A stretch of 64,000 nt of DNA from an uncultured Candidatus Saccharibacteria bacterium (GTDB lineage: Bacteria; Patescibacteriota; Minisyncoccia; Phycocordibacterales; Zambryskibacteraceae): contig CAZDXF010000002.1 of NCBI GenBank assembly GCA_964509605.1, positions 89,514 through 153,513 of the forward strand. Direction: 5' to 3'. The notes beneath the pieces are model-generated. The model was given only the letters and a program-made list of their open reading frames with translations, ran no database searches and was not told the DNA's origin. The translations under genes were made by a program, and so were the position numbers. Each line of letters opens with the position of its first letter. The stretch's first letter is position 1. Positions 1 to 8,679 of this stretch are shown here, piece after piece.

Positions 1-1115
1 ATGACTCTACTGTTTCTAAAAAACTTAGAGAAAAAGGAGTTGTCTTTTTGGGCCGAGCGAATATGGACGAGTTTGCGATGGGGAGCTCCACAGAAAATTC
101 TGCGTATGGCCCCACAAAAAATCCCCACGATTTAAGCAGGGTCCCAGGGGGCTCTTCTGGTGGCTCTGTTGCTTCTGTTGCTGGAAATTTGGCTCTTGTA
201 GCCCTAGGATCGGACACGGGGGGTTCTGTAAGACAACCAGCGAGCTTTTGTGGGGTAGTGGGTCTAAAGCCTACATACGGCTCTGTATCAAGGTATGGCC
301 TGATTGCGTTAGGTTCATCGCTTGATCAGATTGGCCCGATAGGAAAAACTGTGGATGATGTAGAGATTTTGTTTGATGCAATTTCCGGAAAAGATGATAT
401 GGATTCTACTTCTAGGGACGGAGTCTCTGACTTCAAAGAGCCAAAGAGAGTGGGGGTACCCAGAAAACTTTTGGAAGGAGACGGAATACATCCCGATGTT
501 TTAAAAAATTTTGAAGAATCTATTTCTAAGTTAAAAGATTTAGGTTTTGAAATAAAAGATGTTGAACTTCCAAATGCTAAATATTCTTTGCCCGCTTATT
601 ATGTTATTCAGCCAGCTGAAACCTCATCAAACTTGGCAAGATTTGATGGAGTAAAATATGGGCTTCACAAAGATGGTAAAGATCTTTTAGAGGATTATCT
701 TTTGACCAGAGGCGAAGGTTTTGGGAAAGAACCTCGCAGAAGAATAATGCTCGGTACTTTTGTTTTGTCATCTGGCTACTACGATGCATATTACGGCAAA
801 GCAAATATTGCTCGTTCTATGATTGAAAATGATTTCAAACAAGTATTTTCAGAAGTTGATGCTGTGGTTTTGCCGACCACCCCTACTCCGGCTTTTAAAA
901 TAGGAGAGAAATCAGAAAACCCTTTAGAGATGTATATGGCGGATATTTTTACTGTGCCGGCAAATATTGCTGGTATCCCAGCTATTTCGGTGCCGTCCGG
1001 TTTTTCAATTTCTGGTGAAGGAAAAAATCTTCCTTTAGGTATACAATTTATGTCAGGTCATTTTGAAGAAAAAAAATTGTTTTATATCGGTAAGAAATTT
1101 TTAGGAGAAAATTAA
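1..1115 (+). CDS. gatA: Glutamyl-tRNA(Gln) amidotransferase subunit A (5' end truncated by window edge)
   Basis: Frame open from base 3; amidase-signature region LGRANMDEFAMGSS and GGSSGGS motifs; track start at 48 is an internal TTG. Confidence 0.85.
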   Translation, partial: DSTVSKKLREKGVVFLGRANMDEFAMGSSTENSAYGPTKNPHDLSRVPGGSSGGSVASVAGNLALVALGSDTGGSVRQPASFCGVVGLKPTYGSVSRYGLIALGSSLDQIGPIGKTVDDVEILFDAISGKDDMDSTSRDGVSDFKEPKRVGVPRKLLEGDGIHPDVLKNFEESISKLKDLGFEIKDVELPNAKYSLPAYYVIQPAETSSNLARFDGVKYGLHKDGKDLLEDYLLTRGEGFGKEPRRRIMLGTFVLSSGYYDAYYGKANIARSMIENDFKQVFSEVDAVVLPTTPTPAFKIGEKSENPLEMYMADIFTVPANIAGIPAISVPSGFSISGEGKNLPLGIQFMSGHFEEKKLFYIGKKFLGEN

Positions 1116-1117
1116 AT

Positions 1118-1774
1118 ATGGCCGAAAAGGAAAAAAAAGAGGCACCAAAAAAAGTAGATCCAATAGAAGAGTTTGCTTTTCTATTTTTAATACTACTCAT
1201 CTTAAGTGCGCTCGTGGCGAGATTTGTAGCTGTTTTCAACTCAACTGATTTTAATGAGGGAGGTTTTCTTTCCTCTGTTTCTGCTTTTTGGGACAACCTT
1301 TTGCCAACCTTGAAAATGATTTCTTTGGTTGTTTCTGGCCTGTCTGTGGCGGGAATTATTTACAGCTTAAAACAGCTTACAGCTTTGAATACTGCGCTCA
1401 ACGCTTTTTATGGCGTTGTGCCGACTGCTTTAACAGATGAATCTCAAACATATCTTCCAAAAAACAAGAAGTGGGATAGGGTCTTGGTCCATATGGCCTC
1501 AAACAATCCAAGCGATTGGAAACTTGCCATTTTGGAAGCGGACATAATGCTTGAAGAGCTTTTGGATGCGTCTGGATATAAGGGAGAGACAATGTCGGAC
1601 AAACTTAAGAGTGTGGAAAAAAGTGATTTTGAGACAATAGAAGCGGCGTGGGAAGCGCACAAGATTAGAAATACGATAGCTCACGAGGGTTCAGATTTTA
1701 CTTTAACAAGACAGGAGGCAGATAGAGTTATAAATCTTTACAGAATTGTTTTTGAAGAATTTCATTATATTTGA
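1118..1774 (+). CDS. Hypothetical membrane protein with C-terminal HEPN-like (DUF4145-like) region
   Basis: N-terminal hydrophobic helices; C-terminal AHKIRNTIAHEG matches the Rx4H HEPN-type motif; starts 3 nt after gatA stop. Confidence 0.45.
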   Translation: MAEKEKKEAPKKVDPIEEFAFLFLILLILSALVARFVAVFNSTDFNEGGFLSSVSAFWDNLLPTLKMISLVVSGLSVAGIIYSLKQLTALNTALNAFYGVVPTALTDESQTYLPKNKKWDRVLVHMASNNPSDWKLAILEADIMLEELLDASGYKGETMSDKLKSVEKSDFETIEAAWEAHKIRNTIAHEGSDFTLTRQEADRVINLYRIVFEEFHYI

Positions 1775-1868
1775 TATTTGCTACTGATGTAGCGAATATC
1801 AAACATTGAATAGTAAAAGGTGAGTACTTGAAATCTCTTAAAAATAAGTATAGTGTACTTGAGTATAT

Positions 1869-1939
1869 AGCGGGATGGAGTAACAGTAACTCACGAGGCT
1901 CATAACCTCGGGACCCAGGTGCGAATCCTGGTCCCGCAA
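1869..1939 (+). tRNA. tRNA with CAU anticodon (Met or Ile2/lysidine type)
   Basis: Cloverleaf: D-stem GAGT/ACTC, anticodon stem CGAGG/CCTCG with loop CTCATAA, T-arm CCAGG-TGCGAAT-CCTGG, acceptor AGCGGGA/TCCCGCA with A1:A72 mismatch. Confidence 0.65.
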
Positions 1940-1950
1940 CAAGGAGAAAA

Positions 1951-1979
1951 CCGCCCCGCGTTTGCGCGGGGCGGTTTTA
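1951..1979 (+). terminator. Rho-independent terminator
   Basis: CCGCCCCGCG-TTTG-CGCGGGGCGG followed by TTTT. Confidence 0.7.
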
Positions 1980-2000
1980 TTAGGGTATATTGTTATCCAT

Positions 2001-2073
2001 GTCGGGATAGCTCAGTCGGTAGAGCACGGGACTCATAAGCCCGGGGTCGTGGGTTCAATCCCCACTCCCGACA
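2001..2073 (+). tRNA. tRNA with CAU anticodon (elongator Met or Ile2)
   Basis: GTCGGGA acceptor paired with TCCCGAC; D-arm GCTC-AGTCGGTA-GAGC; anticodon loop CTCATAA; T-arm GTGGG-TTCAATC-CCCAC; discriminator A. Confidence 0.85.
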
Positions 2074-2097
2074 CAATATTTATTAAATCTGTATTTA
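2056..2097. repeat. 42-bp direct repeat copy 1 (tRNA 3' end plus 25 bp downstream)
   Basis: caatccccactcccgacacaatatttattaaatctgtattta, identical to 2205..2246; also part of AT-rich palindrome TTAAATCTGTA-TTTA-TACAGATTTAA. Confidence 0.9.
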
Positions 2098-2204
2098 TAC
2101 AGATTTAATTGGGGATTGAAAGCTGGAGCGATGTTTCGATAGCAATCGGAACCGCGAGGCGGGGTCGCGGGGGAGGCGAGCGACGGCGAGCCGAAACCTG
2201 TGAC

Positions 2205-2246
2205 CAATCCCCACTCCCGACACAATATTTATTAAATCTGTATTTA
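2205..2246. repeat. 42-bp direct repeat copy 2 (orphan duplicate of tRNA 3' end)
   Basis: Exact 42/42 identity to 2056..2097; the two copies flank a 107-bp GC-rich insert (2098..2204) with terminal 8-bp inverted repeat ggggattg/caatcccc. Confidence 0.9.
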
Positions 2247-2362
2247 AGGGGCGCAATCTTTTAAATTTTTGGTTAGTAAATACTCCTGTCACTTGATATT
2301 ATGTATTTGTGCCTATATATAGGAAAGTTAACAAGGACTTTTTTAAAGTATGGACGGCCGAA

Positions 2363-2971
2363 ATGGCTTACGTTTTAGGCTTCTTTGTTGCAGATGGAAA
2401 TATGATGGAGACAAATCGTGGAACATATTTTATTTCCTTTTATTCTGCAGATAGAGAGCTTATTCAGACAATCAAGAAGGCAATGGGTTCTGGGCATAAA
2501 ATTTCCGAAAGAAAAAGTGATATTGGTTCTGTATTTCGTATCCAAATAGGCAGTAAGGAAATATTTGAAGATTTTTTAAATTTAGGTCTGTGTCCGAGCA
2601 AGAGCCATCGTATTGAAATACCTAATGTTCCAAGAAAATTTGTGAAAGATTTTATTAGGGGGTATTTTGATGGAGATGGAAATGTTTGGGTTGGATATGT
2701 AAATAAGTATCGTAAAAAACCAACCCTTACAATACAAGTTTCTTTTACAAGTGTATCTTATGATTTCTTGTCTAATTTTCTGGGGCTTTTATGTTGTGGT
2801 GGAGTGAAGGGGGGTTACATTTATAGATCGAAAACAAAAAATTTTAGCAGGATATCTTTGAGTATTTTGGACTCTTTGAAACTTTATGAATTAATGTATA
2901 ATGTGCCTTGCCACTTGTTTTTAAAGAGGAAAAAGGTGGTTTTTGAAAAATTCATAAAAATGCGATCGTAG
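2363..2971 (+). CDS. LAGLIDADG-family homing endonuclease (double-motif)
   Basis: Two LAGLIDADG-type motifs: LGFFVADGN near the N-terminus and IRGYFDGDGNVWV mid-protein. Likely ATG start at 2363 (track start 2309 is an upstream GTG). TAG stop at 2969-2971 lies within positions 8-10 of the downstream tRNA. Confidence 0.8.
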   Translation: MAYVLGFFVADGNMMETNRGTYFISFYSADRELIQTIKKAMGSGHKISERKSDIGSVFRIQIGSKEIFEDFLNLGLCPSKSHRIEIPNVPRKFVKDFIRGYFDGDGNVWVGYVNKYRKKPTLTIQVSFTSVSYDFLSNFLGLLCCGGVKGGYIYRSKTKNFSRISLSILDSLKLYELMYNVPCHLFLKRKKVVFEKFIKMRS

Positions 2972-3243
2972 CTCAACTGGTTAGAGCACCCGCCTGTAGA
3001 TAATTGCAGCTTTTTATCGAAAGATAGATTGAAACTCTCTGGGATAACGGTGAAGGCTAAGTTTACCAATCGGTGAATATGCGAATACCGTGGGAACTCG
3101 TCATTATTAGACGAGAGCGCCGTAGAGACTAGATACCAGAGCGCCTAACAGGAAACTTAAGGTGAAGATATAGTCCACGCCATTATGAAAATAGTGGATC
3201 ACGTGCACGCGGGAGGTTGCCGGTTCAAGTCCGGTCGGTCGCG
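2962..3243 (+). tRNA. tRNA-Asp (anticodon GUC) interrupted by a 208-nt group I intron in the anticodon loop
   Basis: 5' exon GCGATCG-TA-GCTC-AACTGGTTA-GAGC-A-CCCGC-CTGT (2962-2997). 3' exon CAC-GCGGG-AGGTT-GCCGG-TTCAAGT-CCGGT-CGGTCGC-G (3206-3243). Spliced loop CTGTCAC gives anticodon GTC; G73 and G10 fit Asp identity; the G3:C70 pair argues against Ala. Confidence 0.8.
2998..3205 (+). ncRNA. Group I self-splicing intron (compact, tRNA-type; no internal ORF)
   Basis: 5' exon ends in U pairing with an IGS GCAG (P1); intron ends in G. R-like GAGACTAGA and exact S-element consensus AAGATATAGTCC form P7 (GACTA/TAGTC). A GAAA-tetraloop hairpin TATCGAAAGATA is present. Confidence 0.8.
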
Positions 3244-4845
3244 CATCAAGGGACGGAGTGAGGCGAAAGCTTCACTCTGTCTTTGTTTATCAAGGGTTTT
3301 TTCCAGTTCTAACCGTTTATATTCTTTTTCTATCGCTGGATAGTGATTTTGAATTGGAATAAACCATTCGTTAGGCAAAATAACGAGATTTCCGTCTTTT
3401 AGCGTGTAGTTCTGACCGAGTGCAGACAGTATCTCTCTTTTGGTCTCAAGACCGCCTTTACGGAACTCATTGAGAGCGTGGCAGGCAAAGATAAAGGTTT
3501 TCTCTGTGAGCTCAATCCAGTTCTCGGCTCTTTTCTCTGTGTCTCTCATTCTCTGGGATATTTCAGCCATCTGGCTTTGTAGTATTTTTCTTTCCTTCAA
3601 GAACTCCTCATCACTTATAAGCTCTCGGTATCTCATCTTGGTGAGGGTATCAAGCTGTTTTTGAGTATCAGCCAGTGTTTTGTGTTGGGTTTCGTATATA
3701 CGGGTCCTTTCCTCTATTTCCTTATCATTGTTTTTATTGAGTATCTCCAGAGCCCAGTCCTTGAATTGAGGAAGTATGGTTATTTTGGCAATCTCTTTTT
3801 CAATCTCTTCCTCAACTTTGCCTACAGGGACATATTTCTTCTGGGTGCATACGCAACCTTTCTTCCTTCTTGTGCAGTAGTAATACACGAAGGTTTTTAC
3901 TTCTCCTGTTTTCTTTATGATTTTTGTTTTCTCAATGGCTGTAATTGCACTCCCGCACTCGCCACACCTTATAATCCCAGTAAAAGGAAACTCGTGGGTC
4001 TTTGGTCTCGGCTTACCATCTCTACCAAGAAGCATTTGAACTCTGTCATACTCCTCAAGAGTAATCATTGGTTTGTGTTTACCTTGATATGTCCGTCCTC
4101 TGTATTGGAACAAGCCCGCATAGAATGGGTCTGTGAAGATGCGGTAAATAGTGCTTCTTGAAAGAGGTTTGCCACCCCTTCTTTTCATTTTCCTTGTTTG
4201 AAGACCCCACTCGTTAGTTGCGATTTCAAGTATTTTTGGAGGTGTATAGTTTCCAGTAAGCATAAGGTCCCACATCTTTCTGATGAGAGAAAATCTCTCT
4301 GGGTCATCTGTGATGTAGTTTTCTCCTCGGGCTTCTATTTTGGTATTCAAATATCCCAAAGGAGCTAAAATGGGAGCTTGTCCTTTCTCAAGCTTGCTAT
4401 CAATACCTCTTCGCACACCTTTCTTTAGGTCCAAGATAAACTGATTAGCAGAACCGCTCTCTACACTCAAAAGGAGAGCGTTGTCATCTGGTTTATATTC
4501 ACGATTGATTGTTCGGATAGATTTGATGATGCTTTGTTGTAGGAGCCATTGGATTTTTCCGCTATCAACTGGATTTCTGGATAAGCGGTTAATCTCCCAG
4601 CACAGGATGCCGTTCGCTTCTCCCGTCTCAATCCTCCTCAACATTTCATCAAAGATGGGTCGGTTATTTGGTTGCTTTGCAGATTTTGCCTCCGAAAGTA
4701 TTTCAACAATTTCCAGTCCAGCATCTTTGGCTAGTTTTGAAATATGATTTGTCTGGTCTCCTATGGATTGGACCTGTCTATCTTCGCTCTCTGATGATTT
4801 ACGAGCGTAGAGAAAGTATTTTATTGTTTCAGTGTCATTTTTCAT
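3199..4845 (-). CDS. Large serine recombinase (phage-type serine integrase)
   Basis: N-terminal resolvase catalytic domain (YARKSSESEDRQVQSIGDQ with catalytic Ser); recombinase domain; zinc ribbon CGECGS...C..C; C-terminal coiled coil. The last ~15 codons are antisense to the tRNA 3' exon. Confidence 0.85.
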   Translation of the reverse strand: MKNDTETIKYFLYARKSSESEDRQVQSIGDQTNHISKLAKDAGLEIVEILSEAKSAKQPNNRPIFDEMLRRIETGEANGILCWEINRLSRNPVDSGKIQWLLQQSIIKSIRTINREYKPDDNALLLSVESGSANQFILDLKKGVRRGIDSKLEKGQAPILAPLGYLNTKIEARGENYITDDPERFSLIRKMWDLMLTGNYTPPKILEIATNEWGLQTRKMKRRGGKPLSRSTIYRIFTDPFYAGLFQYRGRTYQGKHKPMITLEEYDRVQMLLGRDGKPRPKTHEFPFTGIIRCGECGSAITAIEKTKIIKKTGEVKTFVYYYCTRRKKGCVCTQKKYVPVGKVEEEIEKEIAKITILPQFKDWALEILNKNNDKEIEERTRIYETQHKTLADTQKQLDTLTKMRYRELISDEEFLKERKILQSQMAEISQRMRDTEKRAENWIELTEKTFIFACHALNEFRKGGLETKREILSALGQNYTLKDGNLVILPNEWFIPIQNHYPAIEKEYKRLELEKTLDKQRQSEAFASLRPLMRDRPDLNRQPPACT

Positions 4846-4984
4846 ATTAAAAACCCGAAAGGGACGGTCTGGTTGACCCAGATTACTTGCTCCAAAGGAG
4901 TAGCAATACTGGCAGACCGCCCCTCTCGGGTCAGTATTGTAATAAAAAATCCTTTGAACGCTTGTATCTGGGTCAACATAATCA

Positions 4985-5590
4985 TTATATCAATTTTTTA
5001 CGCTCAAGTTGAGTAAAGTGTCTATAAGATAAACTGGCTTGACCATATAGCTTATCAAGCTGTCTTTGTCTTCTGGTTGGCTTGCCTCTGTAATAAGGGC
5101 GTTTAATCTGGCTATTAAGCTCGTCAATTTTCTGCTCAAGAGTAAGAACATTAAATAAATGGAACATATTGTATCGGCGGTTCACATTTCTTGAGTTATA
5201 TGTGAGCTCGTAGCAATGGCGACAGGCAAAGTAATCTCCATCCTTGTAGAGAGTGCCTACTCGCTTGCCACAATATACGCCGTTTTTATACCACGGGCAG
5301 ATAAACCAGTATCGTTTGCCTCCGTATCGGCAAGGGGTAGAGGCGAGAGGTATCTTGTAGTCAAAGTTTTTCTTCTCGCCAGAGTAATTGTCTGTTTGGG
5401 TGTAATGGATACGGAGATAGTCATCACCATTCATTACAGACACCTCAATACCTACACTACTTTTGTTTTCACCCCACATACCGCTTCTGGTCCAAGTAAT
5501 CGTCCCAGACCTCCAGCCACAGAAGTAATCGTGCTTTTTGAGAAAGCTGGTGGCTATCTTTTTTACATCGTCTGCTTCGCTCTTGCTCAT
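4985..5590 (-). CDS. Hypothetical Cys-rich (putative zinc-binding) protein
   Basis: ORF of 201 aa with CxxC-like clusters (CPWYKNGVYCGK..CRHC); co-oriented with the integrase. Confidence 0.4.
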   Translation of the reverse strand: MSKSEADDVKKIATSFLKKHDYFCGWRSGTITWTRSGMWGENKSSVGIEVSVMNGDDYLRIHYTQTDNYSGEKKNFDYKIPLASTPCRYGGKRYWFICPWYKNGVYCGKRVGTLYKDGDYFACRHCYELTYNSRNVNRRYNMFHLFNVLTLEQKIDELNSQIKRPYYRGKPTRRQRQLDKLYGQASLSYRHFTQLERKKLI

Positions 5591-5716
5591 ATTCTTGCCG
5601 AAATCATTTGAGATTTACTCTTGTTATTTTTCTGGTAAAACGACCTTTTGTCTTTATGTTGCTTATTATTTTATCTATTCTGGCTCTTCCGATAAAATCC
5701 GATAACTTCTACAGTT

Positions 5717-6280
5717 TTACGAAACGAACCCATTTTCATTATCTATGGAGATGTCCGCATCTAATGCGAGGGGAGGTAAGACCTTCTCTCCATTTCTGGC
5801 TGACTGTAAACGCTGGAGCTCGTGTAGGGCTTTATACAACCTATTCTCAATCGCTATCTCATATCGCAAATATACGCTGGATAGCTTTTCCACCTCATCA
5901 TCGTGGATGCGTGGGATGTAGCCCTCATTTTCTACTATCGTTTCCGTTAAGCTTGGTAATAGTTCTTTGATTACTACCTTCCTGCGGTTAAGCTTGGACT
6001 GCATATACTCATTTTCTGCCTTTGCTACTCTGTGCAGTTTTAGGTAGTAAACTCCTATGCGGTCCACAAGCATCTTCTCCAACACTCCTACTGGGCTGAA
6101 ATGGTCATTGAGGCGTTCATTGATTTCCTTGTAGTAATCTCCTTCATATTCAGATACCAGTTCGTTCAGTATGCCGTGTTTGATGGCATTGTATTTGCTT
6201 ACAGCTTTACCTTCATCGGTTTTGACTCCGCCTTTTTTGGCGTTCTCTCGGTTAGCTTCAATCTGTTTTTGTGTTGTCAT
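5717..6280 (-). CDS. Hypothetical protein
   Basis: 187-aa ORF, co-directional, abuts the primase gene stop. Confidence 0.4.
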   Translation of the reverse strand: MTTQKQIEANRENAKKGGVKTDEGKAVSKYNAIKHGILNELVSEYEGDYYKEINERLNDHFSPVGVLEKMLVDRIGVYYLKLHRVAKAENEYMQSKLNRRKVVIKELLPSLTETIVENEGYIPRIHDDEVEKLSSVYLRYEIAIENRLYKALHELQRLQSARNGEKVLPPLALDADISIDNENGFVS

Positions 6281-6291
6281 ATTCTTATTTT

Positions 6292-8475
6292 TTAACTGTT
6301 ATTAAACTGTTTATCAGTATCATTTTCTTCCTCTGTGTTTTTCACCCCACTCTCTATTTCACTATTTTTATTGGTTTCAGAAAGCTGATATAGGGAGGAG
6401 GGGAAAATCATCATTTTGCGTTTGTCATTTGGGTCCTGTTCTTGAACGATAAGCCCTGCTGTCTCCAGCATAGGAAGTATCTGTTGTCGTAGCTGATGGC
6501 TATCAAGCATCCTTCCATACACCTCAAAATGTTTCTCAAGGAGCTCTTGGCGGGATAATCCAAGCTTGCCTGTAAGCTCTTCAAATACTTCGTTTCTGCC
6601 ATCATTCTTCGCCTCCCAAGCGGGTAGGATGACCTCTTTGTAGAGATTGTAGATGTAGGGTGGCAGGTTGAGCTCTTGGCTGACGGCTATCTTGTCCCAG
6701 AGCTTGAAAGCTTGATTGATGTCATCTTCATTGGCGATGATTGTGGACCCACTTCTTTCTCTCCACCAGACATTGAGAAGTGCAAACGATTTTATGAGAG
6801 ACAGAAGACGTTTGATGTCTCTTTGGTGTCTTGGTTTGAGCGTCTTGTTATTCCTCAAGAACCTTTCCTTGATTGTTTCGTGTGAGGCGATGTTTATATC
6901 TCTGATACCTTCCAGTTTGATGGCACGGATACGCTCTTTGAGTAGGGCTCGGTCTGGGTTTTCATCAAGCCAACTCACAAAACTCTCACTGTCTGCCTCT
7001 TTTCTGATTGTAGCGGTAATGCCTTGTTGTATTTTGTCTTGATTAACTTCTGGAGAAAGAAGTAAAAATCTCGTTGCTTCTTGCTCATCAATTTTTAGCC
7101 CTGCGGTGCAGAAGATGACCGATGGATAACCTCGCAAAAGAATGTTCTTTGTTTTCATCCCGAACTTCTGCGATTTATCAGTTATCTTCAAAGTAATCTC
7201 TTTCTTGTCGTGAGATAGGAGCGGTCTCAATCTGGCGAGGAGCTCATTGTGTGGCTGGTCCAGAAAGATAAGTATCTTGTGGGATAGGTCTACTAAGTAG
7301 CCATTCTTCTCTTTGTCGTATTGACCCGCATCGTGGAAGAAGGCGGTTGGAGAGCAGTAAGCAATCTCCATCACATCGTCTTGTGGGAATAGGCGGGCAA
7401 TCTCGGTTGGTATGTAGCTTTTACCTGTTGATGATGGGGCGTTGTAGCTGATGTTGAACTGCGAGTTCTCTGTATACGCTGATAGCTGACAGAGAAATGT
7501 CGCCAGCTTATTTTCTGCATCGTATTTAATGGTAAGACCGAGTGTCTCAATGAGTTTCTCGGAACTTATCGGAGCGAACTGGGCGGTATCAATTTTCTCT
7601 GGATACTCTTTTGCATATTTCTCAAACAAGTCATCAGCGGACCTTCCGAGTTTTATGATGTAATCGGTAATGTCTCCGTGTTCTCCAACTTCTTCTGGTA
7701 GCGTAATGATATAGGTCTCGTTTCCACCATTTTCCACCATTTTCGCCACACGCTCCGCTCCTTTCTTTCCAGCTTCGTCATTGTCAAAGCAGATGTAGAC
7801 CTTACTACCGTTCAGTATCTTTTTAACCCATTCTTCCTTGAAGGTCATCGCTCCGTGGGTAGAAGTGATTGCTGGCACTCCTTTAGCAAGTAGTAGTAAG
7901 CGGTCTAGCTCACCCTCACAGATTACGATTATTTTGTTCGCTTTTTCCGCAATCTCCCAATCATAGAGCTGTGCTTCTACTCCTTTCGGATAAGTTATTT
8001 TTTCATTGCCGAAAGCTGGGTCCTGTCGCAATTTGAAGAAGACATAATTGCCATAGACATCCTTAATAGGGATGGTAATCCACGGTTTGCGATAGAACTG
8101 TCCGTAGCCGATTTTGTATTCGTCTATCAGTGCATCAGTAAGTCCTCGTTTATGTAGATATTCTCTTATGCTTGGAGGTAGTGCTTTATGGCACTTCTCT
8201 ACAAGTTCTGCTGTAAATACATTTGTCTTGCGGGTTCTGGCTTCTGCTGTGTCGCCGAAATGTTTAGCTAATGTAGACAGGTTTCCTTTCTCTCCGCATT
8301 TCTTACAGTCATATTGTCCTGTCTCTGTGCTGAAATACAGGTGAGCTTCTTCGCCCTTACTATCCTTGTCGCAATCGTTGAAGAGGCATTTACTAATAAG
8401 CTCCTTACCACTCTCACGAAAGGGGATGCCTTTCTCGGTGAGATATTCTCGGATGTTAGTTTTAGTTAGGTTCAT
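6292..8475 (-). CDS. DNA primase-type replication protein (DnaG-like Zn finger + TOPRIM + P-loop NTPase)
   Basis: N-terminal CLFNDCDKDSKG..H..YDCKKCGEKG zinc-binding motif; TOPRIM IIVICEGELD...ICFDNDEAGKKG; Walker A APSSTGKSY. Confidence 0.75.
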   Translation of the reverse strand: MNLTKTNIREYLTEKGIPFRESGKELISKCLFNDCDKDSKGEEAHLYFSTETGQYDCKKCGEKGNLSTLAKHFGDTAEARTRKTNVFTAELVEKCHKALPPSIREYLHKRGLTDALIDEYKIGYGQFYRKPWITIPIKDVYGNYVFFKLRQDPAFGNEKITYPKGVEAQLYDWEIAEKANKIIVICEGELDRLLLLAKGVPAITSTHGAMTFKEEWVKKILNGSKVYICFDNDEAGKKGAERVAKMVENGGNETYIITLPEEVGEHGDITDYIIKLGRSADDLFEKYAKEYPEKIDTAQFAPISSEKLIETLGLTIKYDAENKLATFLCQLSAYTENSQFNISYNAPSSTGKSYIPTEIARLFPQDDVMEIAYCSPTAFFHDAGQYDKEKNGYLVDLSHKILIFLDQPHNELLARLRPLLSHDKKEITLKITDKSQKFGMKTKNILLRGYPSVIFCTAGLKIDEQEATRFLLLSPEVNQDKIQQGITATIRKEADSESFVSWLDENPDRALLKERIRAIKLEGIRDINIASHETIKERFLRNNKTLKPRHQRDIKRLLSLIKSFALLNVWWRERSGSTIIANEDDINQAFKLWDKIAVSQELNLPPYIYNLYKEVILPAWEAKNDGRNEVFEELTGKLGLSRQELLEKHFEVYGRMLDSHQLRQQILPMLETAGLIVQEQDPNDKRKMMIFPSSLYQLSETNKNSEIESGVKNTEEENDTDKQFNNS

Positions 8476-8677
8476 CTTGTTTAATGTTGTTTATAAGTTG
8501 TTGTTGGTCCTTTGAGATTTGCTCGTATTCTTTGTGGGTCATCGGCGTGTAGACGATAGACATCAACCGCAAGAGCTTGATGCCTTTGTCATAAGCATCT
8601 TCTCTGCTGATTTCTTTTCCAAAATGGCTCTTGTAGAGAGCTTGGAACTTTGCGATGTCTTCGTCTGCCAAAACCAT
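8462..8677 (-). CDS. Hypothetical small protein
   Basis: 71-aa ORF whose stop overlaps the primase start by 14 nt. Confidence 0.35.
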   Translation of the reverse strand: MVLADEDIAKFQALYKSHFGKEISREDAYDKGIKLLRLMSIVYTPMTHKEYEQISKDQQQLINNIKQDEPN

Positions 8678-8679
8678 AA

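Noticed and set aside
2962-3243. Alternative reading of the split tRNA as tRNA-Ala(UGC) (intron after U33, 3' exon starting TGCAC)
   Set aside because: The acceptor stem has G3:C70, not the G3:U70 pair that defines Ala identity. G73/G10 and a GUC anticodon after splicing at CTGT|CAC fit Asp.
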